A stretch of DNA of 64,000 nt, from positions 310,744,001-310,808,000 of the forward strand of contig OZ024740.1 in NCBI GenBank assembly GCA_964016885.1. The letters are read 5' to 3'. The stretch is from Eledone cirrhosa (lineage: Eukaryota). The notes under the pieces are model-generated. The model saw nothing but the letters and a program-made list of their open reading frames with translations, did no database searches and was not told where the DNA came from. Made by a program: the position numbers and the translations under genes. Numbering within the stretch: position 1 is the stretch's first letter; each line of letters begins with the position of its first letter. Of the stretch, positions 1 to 13,582 are shown in pieces.

Positions 1-165
1 AAGCAAGGTGACCTGCTCAATTACTTCAGAAGTCTCCTCACTATTGGGTGCTTTGTTTTTGTTTGAATTTTAGTTTTCATTGTTTTAGTTTAAATAACCT
101 TTCACGCAAACGCCACACAGTATCATCATCTGCCGTTTTGTGCCATCCTTGATGTTAGATCTGCG
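1..165 (+). mobile_element. 3' UTR remnant of an older Tx1-like LINE
   Basis: Segment 97-155 (ACCTTTCACG...GTATCATC...TTTTGTGCCATC) resembles 5876-5940 of the downstream Tx1 3' UTR and also runs into (ATT)n. Confidence 0.45.
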
Positions 166-498
166 TTATTATTATTATTATTATTGGTCTAATCGGACGT
201 CTTTTGCTCGCTCCCAGTAAGTCGCTTTATTTGCCTGTTATAATTATTTGTTGTTGAATTTTTCTTGTTGTGTAAGGAATATAAGGCCTTGGACTTTGCC
301 CTGTGAAGGGGAAAGTATAATATTTGGGCATTTTGGCCCAAATATTTGAACAATATTTGAACATTTTACTTCTGAAAATCAATAAAAAAATAAATAAAAC
401 ATGGTTGCCCAGCAATATGTCTGCAGTCGTGTGACAACGGCGTAAAAGTTGAGAGGCGGGTTAGTGAAACTCATACAACAAACACCACCACAAACAAC

Positions 499-2158
499 GT
501 GAACAAAGACAACAACACTGAGAACACTAATTTTGAAAATATTACCACACCAACTACAACAATAACAGCGGCAACCAAAATACAGACAACAGAAAAAAAT
601 GACAACAAATGCAACGATTTTAACACCACTAACAAGAAAATAAACAATAACACCAACAATACAAATTGCACCGAAAACAACAACAGTAGCACCAAAGACA
701 CAACCAACTACAACAGTGATAACAGCAACAACAACAACACCGTGTGTAGCAGTAGCAACAGCAACAGCACCAACAACAAGACCAGTAGCAGCAGTAGCGG
801 CAGCAATAATGGTGCCGCTGAAAAAGCGGCCACTTCTTTTGCAGGTGTGGCCCGAAATATAGAGACAGTGCTAGTCACGGAGGAGGAGATGGCAGTCGCA
901 AGAGCCATGGGGACAAGGAATGAAAATAGAGTTTCCCTAAAACCTCCACCCGATTTCTTCAAAGACCAGCAGCTGCGTGCGGTGACATACCGCACTGTAA
1001 GTAAGATGTCACATCGGGTGGAAAGATCCACGGAGGCTCAAATCCAAAAGGCCTTGCGGTGCGTCTTGGGCGCAAAATCCACATCACCCGAGGTAAAAGG
1101 TACGCCACAGTAGACGTACTTTTCGCCACCCCCAAGAGGCGAAGTCTCACTCTTTAGAAACCCTAAAGAGTGAGGAGATACTCTTGGAGCCCTTCTACAG
1201 CTGGCAGAACATTGTGAGGGTCAACGTGACACAGGCCGCGTCTGTACTGGCTGGAATCGAGGAGAAAACTGCCATAATGCAAATACAGTCAATGGGAAGA
1301 GAGAACTGGTCAGGAATAGGCATGCAAATGCTAATAAAGACTGACCAGGAGTGCATCGAGGCCATGCCAGATATCATAGACCTCGAAGAAGGACTCCAGC
1401 TCCCTATAAGCTTGGAGGGAAGACACCCAAAGTGCTATCTCTGTGGACAGATGGGTCACCTCAGGGCCTTCTGCCCGCAGAAGACAGTCAAGAAGAGGGC
1501 CCCCCTCCTTCCGACGCCGGATCTGCTGCTACCAAGAGCAGGGCAGGCTACAGAGGCAGAAGACCCTTCCATGGTGAATAGGAGGTCAACGTCCGTGGAA
1601 CCCATACCAAGGCCACGGACAAGTAAAACAGTGGCAGCAGTGGCGGCAACACCAACAGTCGCAGTAGCTACACCGGCGGCAAAATCGCCGGAGCGGGCTC
1701 CACTACCACCACCAACAGCAGTGGAGCTCATACCCCTCCCAGACGCCACGGAATACGATATGGAGTATGAGGCGGGAGGGAAGTGACAAACGGTCTGCCA
1801 CAAAAAAAAACAAAAAATGAAAAACCCTTTAGCTTCACCCTCCAAAAGCGAAGGCAAACAACGAGGGGTAAAGGCTGCAAGGAGACTTGCAGCAACACCA
1901 CCACCATCACCATCACCACCACAAGCATCACCACCAACAACAACCACACCACCACCAGCATCACCAAAAACACCAACATCGCAAACACACACACCCAACA
2001 GCAACAAAATCACCCCTCCCCCAAAAAAGTACAAAGCCATAAACATGACAAATAAAGAACTCCTACAACATATAAAGCAGCACACAGACATCACAAGAAA
2101 AAAACTACTACACCCCACCAACACCAAGAACGCTCCCGACAAACATAAAGATCATTGA
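499..2158 (+). pseudogene. Tx1 ORF1 (gag-like, CCHC zinc knuckle), frameshifted
   Basis: CYLCGQMGHLRAFC in ORF 1184-1786; Asn/Thr- and Pro-rich low-complexity flanks split over several frames. Confidence 0.75.
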
Positions 2159-2363
2159 AATCAAAATAGAACATTACAAACTTTTAAAACAAAAATTCCC
2201 CAACGCAGTTGGAGACTTCAGAGGGTCGGTTACCAAGAAGATATACACCGACATCCTCTTGGAAACACCCATGACCAGCCAAAGGGATGGTTCTACTGTC
2301 CCTTTACCAACCACACGATCAAGGTAAGTGATTCTTTCTCACTTACCCCGTTTCACATCCAAC

Positions 2364-5300
2364 ATGGCCGTACTTAGAATAGGCAGTATAAATATACGTG
2401 GCCTGGGGTCATCTGGGAAGCACGGTCACCTGCTCAACGACCTCAGGTCACTAAACATAGATGTGGTGGCCATCAGCGAGACCAGAATCTCCGAAGCAAG
2501 AGCATTCGCACCGATCTTCGGCGGCTACGATGTATACGCATCTCCCAGCCGTCCAGGATCGGGGGGGGGAGAGGTTGCCGTGCTTTCTCGGAGAAGCTTG
2601 GATCTCGCCATACGGGCCATCTTCCTGGACCCAGAAGGTAAGTCGGTGGTGCTGGACGTGACCGGCAGCGAAGGCAATGCTTTCAGGCTAGTAGCCATCT
2701 ACGCGCCAACAGGGATAGGACGGCCAGATTTCTTTAGACGTCTAGAGAACTTTCTTGGAACGTCCCGCTCTTTAGTGTGAGTAGGCGACTGGAACGGTAT
2801 CTTAGATGCACGCTGGGATTATGTGGGGCTAGTAGACAGGGCAGGAGGGTGTAAAAGCCTCAACAACCTACTCAGACGTTTTGAACTGTCTGACAGGTAT
2901 AGACTGGCTTATCCGAATGTGCCAATGTGGACATGGGTAAACAGCATCGGGTCATCCAGATCGTATCCAGATCGTATTTAGATAGGATATTCTGTAGGGA
3001 AACATATAAGGCTAGTGTAGGTTGTCCACAATTTAAAGTAGTCACTTACACGGACCACAAATTTGTGATCTATGAAGTTGACTTAGATAGACTCCATAGG
3101 CAAGGGCCCGACTACTGGAAGCTGAACGCGTCGTTCCTGGCGCGCAAAGCTTACAGAGATCGGATTAGCAAATAAGTTAAGCGTGCGTTGACGGGTGCGA
3201 TCGTCAACAACAGGTGGTGGTTTACCCTGAAAAGGGCTATTAGAGTAGAATAGATAAGGTTTAGCAAAGGAGTAGTGATACAGGAAAATAGAGTAGAGGG
3301 AGGGATAGTTAGAAATCTAGAAGAGGCGTTTAGGACAGGCATCGCAACCGACGGGCTTGCCGCGAAATTGGCACTCGACCAATTCTTCAACGCAAAGCCT
3401 GAAGGCTGCGTTGTCAGAGCTAGAGCGCGTGCTCTAAGACACGAGGGGACGAAAGCCTTTCAATGGGCCCGGGTTGTGGAGGCGCGACGTAGCAACAAGT
3501 ACACAATTCGGTCTTTGCCTGATCAACACGGGCGCATATTGCTCGAACCCGAGCAGATGTGTGCGGCTTTTCAACAGCACTTTGCTCAAGTGTTCGGGAG
3601 CGGTGGCGGCCGGTACGGAGTGTGGACTTCGGTGCATACCTCGACGGATGCCGCGGCTCTTGACGACCGCAACGCAGTGCTGCGAAAAGCCGATAACAGC
3701 AGGTAAAATACGGGAAGCGATGTCTGACTGCACGAGGGAATTAATCGCCAGGTTTGGATGGTCTACCCTAGGAGCTTTATGCGTATATGCCAGACTTGTT
3801 CGGCGACCTCTTGGCAGATGTCTACTGCAACTGGCAGCAAAACGGGAGCATTCCCAGTTTTAGTGAGTCGGGGAGCGCTGGCGCTGCTGAGAAAAGACCC
3901 GAACAAGGGGGGCGTTATAGACAACTTTAGGCCCATAACTCTGCTAAACGCAGAGTCTAAGATTTTGGCCAAGGTGTTAGCAAAGAGATTGGCCCTTGTC
4001 GTCCGTGATCTGGTGGAGAGGCGCAGATATGCGCTATTCCAGACAGATCCATCCACGACAACCTTCATCTCATGCGATACATCATAGAGAGGGTGGTTAA
4101 GGAAACTGGCACCGGTGGGGCCCTCATCAAGTTGGATCAATCTAAAGCATTTGATATGGTCGTCCTTCGGTACCTGGCTGCGGGCCTCGAGGCGGCCTCT
4201 TCAGGCCCGTTTCTAGAGGAGGGTTCGCTTCGATGCACAGCGACATATCCTCGATTGTGAGGGTGATTGATCACCTGTCGCAGCCGTTCAACATCATGCG
4301 CTCGGTCCGCAAGGGTTGCATCCTCTCGTCCCTCTTATACGTACTGGCCCACACGAACGGGGATGCGGGAGATCCGTGTCATCTTACGCCGACGCCGTCA
4401 CCGTGGTGGTGTCGAGCACCAAACACGTCCAGATGCTCGGCATTGCTCTCAATGAATACGAAGCGGTGACAGGAGCAAAGATAAACCAGGAAAGTCGGTG
4501 GGCTTGCAACTCGGCACCTGGAGAAGCAATTCCATGCCGTCCGACAGCGTCGTGCGGCGCTGGACGGAAGGATCGGTTAAATTGCTCGTGGTCTGGTTTG
4601 GTCCGGACCTCCAGATGGAGAAAAAGTGGAGCGAGGTGACGTGCAGGGTGGCCTCTCTCACCCAGAAATGGGCCGAGAGGAGGCTGTCTCTGAAAGATCG
4701 GGCGGAGGTGGCGAATGCGTACAGTGTCCGTTTTCTGCTACCGCCTGACCGTCGTACCTTGCCCCGGCCCAACTCTGACCAAAATAGAGCGCCTTCTCTT
4801 CCGCTTTTTCTGGAAGTGACGTGCTCCCGTGGTCAGACGATCCATTTTCTGTCAGCACCCGTTGCGTGGAGGACTAGGCATGCCGTGGCTGATGAGGCGC
4901 AAACATGCGCTGAAGCTGCGACATCTCTGGTTCTTCCTTGACGGTGAACAGGTGTGGTGGCCGTTTGCCAGACGCTCTTTTCCCCAGCTCGTCTCCTTGA
5001 CAGAGTTGCAGTCCTTGATCAGGAAAAGACCGAAGGATAGCGCTTGGAAGCTGGAATGTCTCCATGCGCTCACCACCCTCTACCACCTGGGCACTAGTGG
5101 AGGGAAAGAGCGATGACGTTCTCGGGGAGAGCCTGGGCGTCGAAGACGATCAGCTGTTAGCTCTCTTCAAGAGAATATTCAGACCGGGGCCTATGGACAA
5201 TTTCCAGAAATTCCTGGCCTGGCAGTGCTACCGGGGAGCGTTGCCGGTTTCGGGATAAGCTCTACAGGCACGGAGGTGCTGTCAGCCGAGCCTGTCCGAG

Positions 5301-5712
5301 ATGCGCGCAGTGCGACGAAACCGTCCTGCACGCACTTGTTCAGTGCCCGAGGATTGCTGACTTGTAGAGCTATGTCGAACAGCTGCTGTCGCGTGTAGGA
5401 CGGATCCGGTTATCGACTGACTCCATTGTACAGATAGCCCCGCCATCCTCCTTTAAAGAGGAGGAAGGGCAGGCAGTTTTCATCTGCTTGGTGGCCATGG
5501 CGAAAGAGATTGTGTGGTGGACAATGTTGAAAGGGTTGAAGACGGACACTTTCCTCTTCGGCCAATCCCTGATTAACTTTTTCAAGTTTCACTTGAAGAG
5601 GAAAATCAGGGCGTAGAGGCAAGTGCTGTCTTCTAGTAAGTTTGTTGAAAGGTGGGTGAAAGTGGCGAGTCTGGTCCGAGTGAACGGGCCCGCTCTCAGT
5701 ATGCGCCTGTAG
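2364..5712 (+). pseudogene. Tx1 ORF2 (APE endonuclease - reverse transcriptase - zinc finger), multiple frameshifts and stops
   Basis: SINIRGL, VVAISET, AIYAP, YLDRIF, TDHK, YWKLN, NFRPITLLN, LDQSKAFD, VRKGC.LS.LLY, YADAV, CPRCAQCDETVLHALVQC. Confidence 0.92.
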
Positions 5713-5977
5713 ATTGAGGAGTGGGAAAACTGAGAAAAGGCACTTGTCTTGGTGGTCAGGGTGGCCGTGGTCTTTTTTGTGTGGTTTTCGCCACGAGTGA
5801 CCCTCGGAGGTTTCCCCCTTTTTGAGGAATTTTTGTTGTTTGAATTTTGTTTGATTTCTAGCGCGATTTTGTTATAACCTGTTTACACGACCAAAACCCA
5901 CTTTGTATCGTCCTGTTCTGTTCTGTGCCGTCTCTAATGGTTTTCTTCGTGATAGCCCTTGTGGCCAATAAAGAAAC

Positions 5978-5978
<1 letters not shown>

Positions 5979-6010
<32 letters not shown>

Positions 6011-6020
6011 TACTACTATT
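5979..6020. repeat. (ATT)n/(ACT)n tract at the LINE 3' end
   Basis: Direct reading; a matching (ATT)n tract lies at 166-185. Confidence 0.95.
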
Positions 6021-6032
6021 TCTCCCCCAACA

Positions 6033-6249
6033 GGTGGATTGGCAGAATCAGTAGGGGTCGGACGCCATGCCTTGCAGCATAGAGTTACGGCCCTTTATGA
6101 TCTGAGTTCAAATCCCGCCAAGGTTAACTTTGCCTTTCATCCTTACGGGGTCGATAAAATAAAGTACCAGTCATGCACTGCGGTCGATTTAATCGACTTT
6201 CCACTCCCCCAAAATTGTTGGCCTTGTGCCTATAGTAGAAATCCTTATT
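6033..6249 (+). mobile_element. tRNA-derived SINE
   Basis: A-box-like TGGCAGAATCAG, B-box GAGTTCAAATCCC, core GCCTTTCATCCTTACGGGGTCGATAAAATAAAGTACC (resembles the MetaSINE core); five further copies in the window. Confidence 0.85.
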
Positions 6250-8565
6250 GATATTGTTATTGTTATTCAGAAACTCCAACCAGTTATATCAACATAACAC
6301 TCCTTGAATTAGTATGTATTGTGCTGTATTTAGATATTATTATTTAGGGATTTGAAAGAAATACAAACTTTCTGTAAGTTCCTGGTGACATTGATATCAC
6401 CTTGAGGGAATTATTTGGTTTCGATGACCTAATGTAACTATGCAGAAATTATTAATTTATCATGACAAATTCTCTGGATATAATATCAGATTTGCCTTAA
6501 GGGGTGAAAACTTTATTTAATCATTTGTAGCAAATATGAGTCCATGTTCATCCAATCTAATTAAGATTTAATTATTAAATTTGCTAAAAGTATTGGACAC
6601 TCATTCACGGATTCATCTCGCTTCTAACGAAAACGTCAGTAACATCGCTTTTCGTGTAAGGATGATGGCTATTTCAATTTGAGGTCGTTATTTTCATGTA
6701 AGGTTTGTTCTGGTAATTAATTACATGAATAAATTTTAGTAATTGTATTTAATATGTATTTGTGTCCATTACACGTTGACTTCGTTCGACAGTTTTCTTT
6801 GTTTTGTTTTTCTTATTTGCATTATTCGATATGTATCTTTTGTATTTTTGCGTCAATATATCCAATCTAAAAACATAACATCAGAGGTAATGGCTTTTAT
6901 CAACCTCATTTTAATCTGTTTTCTAGTATTATTATTATCTTGAGCATTAGACACGCCAAATATGTTACATAATTGAATCTGTTGCATGAAGAATTAGGTC
7001 ACATCACATAGAACACTGAATTGTTATTTGTTTTCGTTTGGAAAATTAAAACTATGTATAGTATATCTTAAAACAATCGTTAATTTTTCTTTTTGCGGGA
7101 TTATATATTTTACTAACAGATGTGAATATTGCTTTATATTACTTAGGTTTGCTCATTTTGATTATAAGTTCAATGTTTATCTTTAAAGTGAATAGAATTA
7201 AAGCTAACGATTTTGGTGATAACGAAATTGACAAACGAATGTTCATGAAACAAATATTGGCATTTCTGGTTAAGCGGTTATTGCGAGAGAAACTATCTAA
7301 AATTTAGATCATTTTCTGAGGAAGTGCATATAGCGGGAAAGATTAAATATTTCCACTCTTCGTCTAAACGAACATATCACAATTGACTTTAAATCAATTT
7401 AATCGTATACAAATAGGTGGATGTTCCTGTTGTGACAAAGAAAAATGTGAATTATTTAGTGGTGTGTTTAGAATTATAGTACACATGTTCTGCCAAACAT
7501 ATCCGACAGGATAATGTGAAATAGGATTAAAACAATACTCATATTAAATTAGTTTGGCTCTAGAAGTAATGATGGAGACATTAAGGTTACCACTAAATGT
7601 GTTTTTAATATTTTTGACTGTTGTCATTCCTAATTCATTAGACATTAAAGTAAACATTTTATATTTTTCAAGCGTATTGCGAAAATTACCTCCCATAAAT
7701 GCTGAACGAATCCAACAACTAACAATTTTGTATCTTCGATTAAATTTTACACCAATCGAAGTCGTCCTGCAATTTATAAAGAAATTCTGAATAATGATTC
7801 TATCCATGCTTCCACCATATTATTTATCGTTCGACGATTGTGACCTTCGGAACAGTAAGATCGATTCAATAAATCTTTCCATTTTTCTTAAAACAAATTA
7901 TAATGTTCTGCATACATGAGTAACATACATAAATTTTGCACTCGCGACTTCAACATGAATACAAAAAACCTTCATCTACTAATAAACATTTAATAGTCGT
8001 CCACAGAATCAATAGTGTAGGGAATAAACAACTCAATTCTTAAGGGAAATAGCATTTAAATTTGATGGCGACAAAATTATTGTTTTGGCAAACTTTATGT
8101 GTTCTGTCATCACTTACCATCTCCTCCTCTTTATATTATCATGTTTATTTCTCTCTCCTTCCACTATTCTTTTCTCGCTTCATAGAAAATGAGACAACTC
8201 TACGTAAAAGTAGCTCTTAAAACAACCAAATACTGTCAATGACATCGTTGAGTAAGAATACCTCAGTGGACAGAGATAAGTGTAAAGTGGTTGGTAAAGA
8301 GACGGCCCATGAGATGGGTGACAGGCAGATGAAATATAGAAAGGATTGAGAGAGGGGGAGGACGAAGAAAAGTGTTTTGGCGCTTAGAAATGAGTAGAAG
8401 AAGGAAATAAAGATGCACAAACCTAGTTCACTCGCACATCTTCACCCTCACCACTTTTCAAACCAGCAAAATGGCATCACACGATTTGAGAGTACCATTT
8501 AAATAATACTGGATCGTACAAGAAAAGGAATAAATCTTTCTACTGGTATAATATCTGTGTGATAA

Positions 8566-8755
8566 AACAAACAGAACAGATAGATAGGCAGACAGATCAG
8601 ATAGCAAAGTAAACTACGTCCTATCGACACCAAGCCGCCGCTAGGAAGGACAGAAAAACGTACAGAACAGAACAGATAGACTGACACACATATCAGAGAG
8701 CGAATTAAAGAACGTCCTATCGACACGAGGCCACTAGTACAAAGGACAGCAAAAG
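8566..8755. repeat. Two diverged ~95-bp direct repeat units
   Basis: ACAGAACAGATAGA...ACGTCCTATCGACAC...AAGGACAG occurs twice. Confidence 0.7.
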
Positions 8756-9147
8756 AATGTGGGCAGTGCAAGTGACAGTAAACGGAACTGACAGCAGGGA
8801 CAGTAGAAGGGAGACGAAAAAGGTCTAAAGAAGATGGAGTAAAGAAAATAACAGAATAGTAGACCTCTAACTGTGGTGTCTGTTCAAAATAGAAAGCTAA
8901 TCATATCTACAATAAACTTACATGAATAAATATTATTGTCTCTGGTCGAGACGAAGTGAGCGAATATTTGAATTTGTAGAATTCAAATGCTGTCATTGAC
9001 AGCATTTATCTGTTTTACAGCTAATCTTGCGTTAAATTTTCTCCTTTTCTATGAATTCAAATGTACTCAATTATTTATATATATGTGTGTGTGTGTGTGT
9101 GTGTGGTTATGTGTGGGGGGTGTAGATATATATGTGTGTAAAGATAC

Positions 9148-9178
<31 letters not shown>

Positions 9179-9202
9179 TAGTGAAAGAGTGAAGAGTAAC
9201 AT

Positions 9203-9247
<45 letters not shown>

Positions 9248-9431
9248 TAAAAGGAAAAGAAAATGCTGACAAATTGTTCCCAGTGAAAAATAGTTTAATT
9301 AGGAATAAGTAAAAATTAGTAATAGTATTGGTTAGTATTCAGTTTTGGTTTTAAGTTTTACCGGTTGTCCATTTCTAATGCTTTTCAAAAATAATTTTGA
9401 GATAGAGCGCCCGTGATGTTTGCTCTAATCT

Positions 9432-9527
<96 letters not shown>

Positions 9528-9610
9528 TATAGATATATGTGTAAAGATATATATATATATTTATATATGTGTGTGTGTGTGTGTGTGTGTAAAGATACAT
9601 ATATATGTAA

Positions 9611-9733
9611 GAATGACTTCAAAGGTTAAGTGAAATGGAGAGCTGTGAGTCTGTTGGGTGATATATTACGTCCGAAACACAGCACCACATAGACACGCAG
9701 CTCTTCATCTCACTTAACTCTTGAAAATCATTC
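9611..9733. repeat. Imperfect inverted repeat (hairpin) next to a TA/TG tract
   Basis: GAATGACTTCAAAGGTTAAGTGAAATGGAGAGCTG pairs with CAGCTCTTCATCTCACTTAACTCTTGAAAATCATTC. Confidence 0.75.
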
Positions 9734-10129
9734 AAACGTGAAACCGATAAATTTATTATTAATATATCTTCTTAAAAACTCAAATTGCATATTCAACTAC
9801 TATTTCCTATATTTTTAACTGTGTGGGATATATAAAAAATACCACTTTCTCATTCATACTCACTATACAAGGACCGAAGATGCCATTAAATCTAACTAAA
9901 ACAACACATTGAATCAATATATTTTAAAGGCACTCAAAGAACTATCCTACAAGCATGACTAACAAAATTGATGAAATAAAAAATCATGCAAAGAAAGCCA
10001 TGAAGAAGGAGAGAATTCCCAACAAGCGGCTGCTTTTTAAACACTAAACCAGTTATGCAAATCCATTGAGTCAGCAATGTTTCAAAAGCCTGAACAAAAC
10101 AAAACCAACAGAAATGAATCCACAATGAC

Positions 10130-11250
10130 AAACCCTCTCAGCAGATATTTATAAAAAGTGGCTCTATTCAACTCTGATCAGTCTCACTAAAAAGAACTTT
10201 AACAAAAGCCTATGCAGAGTGAACTTGAAAACCAACAAAACAAACAGAGCCTTGGTGAAAATGGCTTTAGAAAAATTGAAAATCTCCAACGGGAGAAAAT
10301 TCAAATCATTCGACCAACAAATGGAAATAGAAATGTCAAAACTATCTGAATGCCTACTCCATGAAAACACCACTAAACTTTGGAGAGAAAGTTGTGAAAA
10401 TGAAGATCCAACCTCGCTACAGAGAGGGGTAAATTGCTTTTTGGTTCAGCAATTATGAAAATGAATTCAAAAACAAAAAAGCATATTGATTACCCATATT
10501 TGAATAAAAGGTAAAATTCACAAAATTAATAAAACCACATTAAAAACCAGTGCCAAAACATCAAACTGACACTCACCAAAGCTATAGTAATAACTCCAGG
10601 ATATTTAGACAAACTAATAACCTCACTATGGAAACCCAAGTGCTCCCTGCCTCAAGACTGGTCTTGGTCCGAAACCGTAGATCGCAGCATACACAGATGA
10701 ACAGAAACTACAACCCACAAAACAATTCCAAACAGGACCAGAGACAGCCGTCAGATACATAAATACCCATGAAAGGACGAATTTAAAAGATCATTTTTTT
10801 TTCGTCGACAGATTCCACGACACTCGGTGACACAAACAGACTCTGAAAAACCGTAAATAATAAATCTACGATTATACACCTCTCACCCCAACACAAAGGT
10901 GAGTAAAATCCACTCCAACACCATAATATTCTAACCTCAATTATATACATAACAACATCTCACAATTGTGCAGAATATTACGACTAAAAGAGGAAGTTTT
11001 AAACATGGAAAACTGTGACGAGTCAAATGTACAAAATATAAGCAGCTACAATCCTACAAAAGTTAGGAATAAAACTTTGGATAAATTTTCTGAGCACATA
11101 TCAACTTTCCCATATAATGAACCCCCACACCCTAAACCCAAACACAACATTAGCCAAAAGGAATAGGAAATCTTCCCTGAATTAAAACACAATAACGACA
11201 TCATAATTAAGGGAAGTACTCTGTCGTAATTATGGATGTTGAACACTGTA
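10130..11250 (+). pseudogene. Highly decayed N-terminal part of a Penelope-like ORF
   Basis: 11146-11240 reads NISQKE*EIFPELKHNNDIIIK..GST..VVIMD, matching the PLE pre-RT motif NL...E..AL..LK.N.DIIIK.ADKG..VVIMD. The 5' limit is uncertain. Confidence 0.55.
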
Positions 11251-11491
11251 AAAATACTACTATGTATAATGAAAAGGTAAACAATTACCAGCGGCTAAAC
11301 GCTGTCCTGTGGAGTAAGAGACAAAAGACAAAATATTAATTTATAAGTGCATACAGAATTTTTGTGACGTCAGGGAAAAGTGTGATGCACATTATAGAAG
11401 AAAAGGAAGGAAAAAAGCAAGAAGAATATTTCGTGTTAAAAAATGTAAGCCATTTAGGGGGGAGAATAGATAATATATATATATACATATA

Positions 11492-12140
11492 TATAATTGG
11501 ATCTATGAGAGGGATGAACACAGATATAACTATACATGTGTTCCAATTGCAAATGACCAAGTTAGCTAGGTTGAAAAGCAATATGGTTTGCCTGGCTCGA
11601 TTTAACATAATAAATCAATAAAAATAACAAACCTATAACTCAATATATGATGTACGTATGTAGAGCTAACTTTGGTCTCATAAACCCAGCTGCTATTTTT
11701 AGCGGCATGGGGATGGGACGCGTTAGGCGCTGTGACATGTGAGTTTATACTTGCGCTTAGTTCAGTCTTCTTAGATCTTTTGAAGTGAAAGGTACGAATT
11801 TTCCTGGATACCCGCAGAAGAGCACAGGAATTCTAGCTTTCACTTAATAATTCGTGCGAAACATATTTATGTCTGGCCGGGTATCATAGGCTATTTGCCC
11901 GTTATAGGTTTGTTATTTTTATTGATTTATTATGTTAAATAGAGCCAGGCAAAGCATATTGTTTTAAATTAGTATTTTTTCAACCTAGCTAACTTGGTCA
12001 TTTACAATTGGAACACATGTATACTTGTATCTGTGTTCATCCTTCTCATATATCCAATTATATTACACGGCTCGGAAAGATTCCCTTCTTTGAGCTATTT
12101 AATTGTAAAAGACTATTTTGAGTTTCTAACTCAATCTATG
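11492..12140 (+). mobile_element. (TA)n-flanked fold-back element with degenerate HHR and 3' tail (PLE-derived)
   Basis: Arms 11492-11639 and 11901-12063; HHR-like 11807-11885 in the spacer; tail 12064-12140. Confidence 0.75.
11807..11885 (+). ncRNA. Degenerate type I hammerhead ribozyme
   Basis: GATACCCG cagaaga GCAC...GTGC GAAA CAT attt ATG TC tggc CGGGTATC; small deletions have damaged the CUGA core. Confidence 0.6.
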
Positions 12141-12200
12141 ATATACATATATATATATACACACATATATATATAAATATATATATATATATACACACAT

Positions 12201-12290
<90 letters not shown>

Positions 12291-12296
<6 letters not shown>

Positions 12297-13210
12297 AGGA
12301 AAAGCGAAGTAGTTTCAGATGTTCAAGTCTTTTAATAATAATTGTTTCTACTTTAGGCACAAGGCCAGCAAATTACCCAGTGCATTACTGGTACTTTATT
12401 TTATCGACCCCGTAAGGATGAAAGGCAAAGTCAACCTCGGCGGGATTTGAACTCAGATCATAAAGGGACGTAACTATGCTGGAAAGCATGGCGTCCGACC
12501 CTCTACTGATACTACCAATCCACCGATAATAATGCTGTGATATATATTTCAATGGCGACAGTGGCCACACTGTTCCGTGCGCCAGTGCCACGACATCGTC
12601 AGACAGCTTGTTACATAATAAGGTTATGTTTCTGAGGCAATCCAAATTGAATCGACACGGGAACGGACGAAGTGTGTGCTCTTGTGTTCTTCAGCCATTC
12701 CCCTGTGAGTACCAATTCACCCCCACCGGTCTGCGCAGGCGCAGGTCCGAAGGAAGCTGACCATTAGCTACCGCAGATTTCAACGAAATTCGCTTAGTCA
12801 GTTCCGCCTCTCAGCCAAACAATGACCCATCCAGGCCTGTAATATAGCTCACTGCTACCTACCCCGTCTGTGGCAGTCAGTCGAAAGCCAGTGGGGATCG
12901 GAGAGTGTGAGTATCTATAGGTCTGAATACTACCCCTCATTAATCATGGACAGTATAATTGACCATCAACCTCTAAGAGAAAATATACTTAATTCTATGT
13001 ATCATGGTTTCACGGTGGAAGTTATGAATGAGAGTTGGAAATTAGAACTAAAAATTAAAAGTTAAAAATCGAAAATCAGAAATCAAATATTAAAAGACTT
13101 GAACATCTGAAACTACTTCACTTTTCCTTATTCTATATTTACTCCGTCACTCCTATGTGGAATAAGCTCGTTGAGTGCTTGAATTGAATTGCATCAATAT
13201 TTACCCTAAG
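12291..13210 (+). mobile_element. Fold-back element with tail, interrupted by a SINE
   Basis: Arms 12291-12336 and 13088-13135; tail with stem-loop 13141-13176; microsatellite flanks. Confidence 0.6.
12337..12525 (-). mobile_element. tRNA-derived SINE copy
   Basis: Reverse complement of the 6033-6249 family. Confidence 0.85.
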
Positions 13211-13242
<32 letters not shown>

Positions 13243-13379
13243 TAACAGATTAAAGTTTAAGCAAAGAATCTGTGCTTTCACCCTTAACGGGATCTTCTTC
13301 GAGCCCTCTTTGGATTTTAGTCTTCAAGTTTATTATTATTACTATATATATACTGTATATATATATATATATATATATA

Positions 13380-13538
13380 TAGGAACGAGTAGGACCCCGA
13401 CGGCTGAGCTCAAGCCGTCGAAACGGCTTGAGCTCACCCGTCGGGGTCCTACTCGTTCCTATTACCCACTCTACTACCCTAAGTATTGAGTACTTTGGTG
13501 CGTTATGGTCCATCTGGTTCCTTACCACATTTCCTTCG

Positions 13539-13540
<2 letters not shown>
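13380..13540 (+). mobile_element. Family A mini fold-back: palindrome of the HHR 3' half plus tail
   Basis: Palindrome 13380-13461 containing GAAACGGCTTGAGCTCA(G/C)CCGTC^GGGG; tail shared with 17402-17499, 23875-23923 and 48820-48903; (TA)n on both sides. Confidence 0.8.

Positions 13541-13582
<42 letters not shown>

Larger units (their letters stand above)
186..5978 (+). mobile_element. Near full-length Tx1/L1-clade non-LTR retrotransposon, disrupted
   Basis: ORF1 with zinc knuckle; ORF2 with APE endonuclease, RT and C-terminal Cys/His finger; AATAAA near 5967 then (ATT)n. The 5' boundary is approximate. Confidence 0.9.

Noticed and set aside
6033-6120. tRNA gene
   Set aside because: A and B boxes are present but there is no cloverleaf and it is fused to a SINE body repeated in the window.
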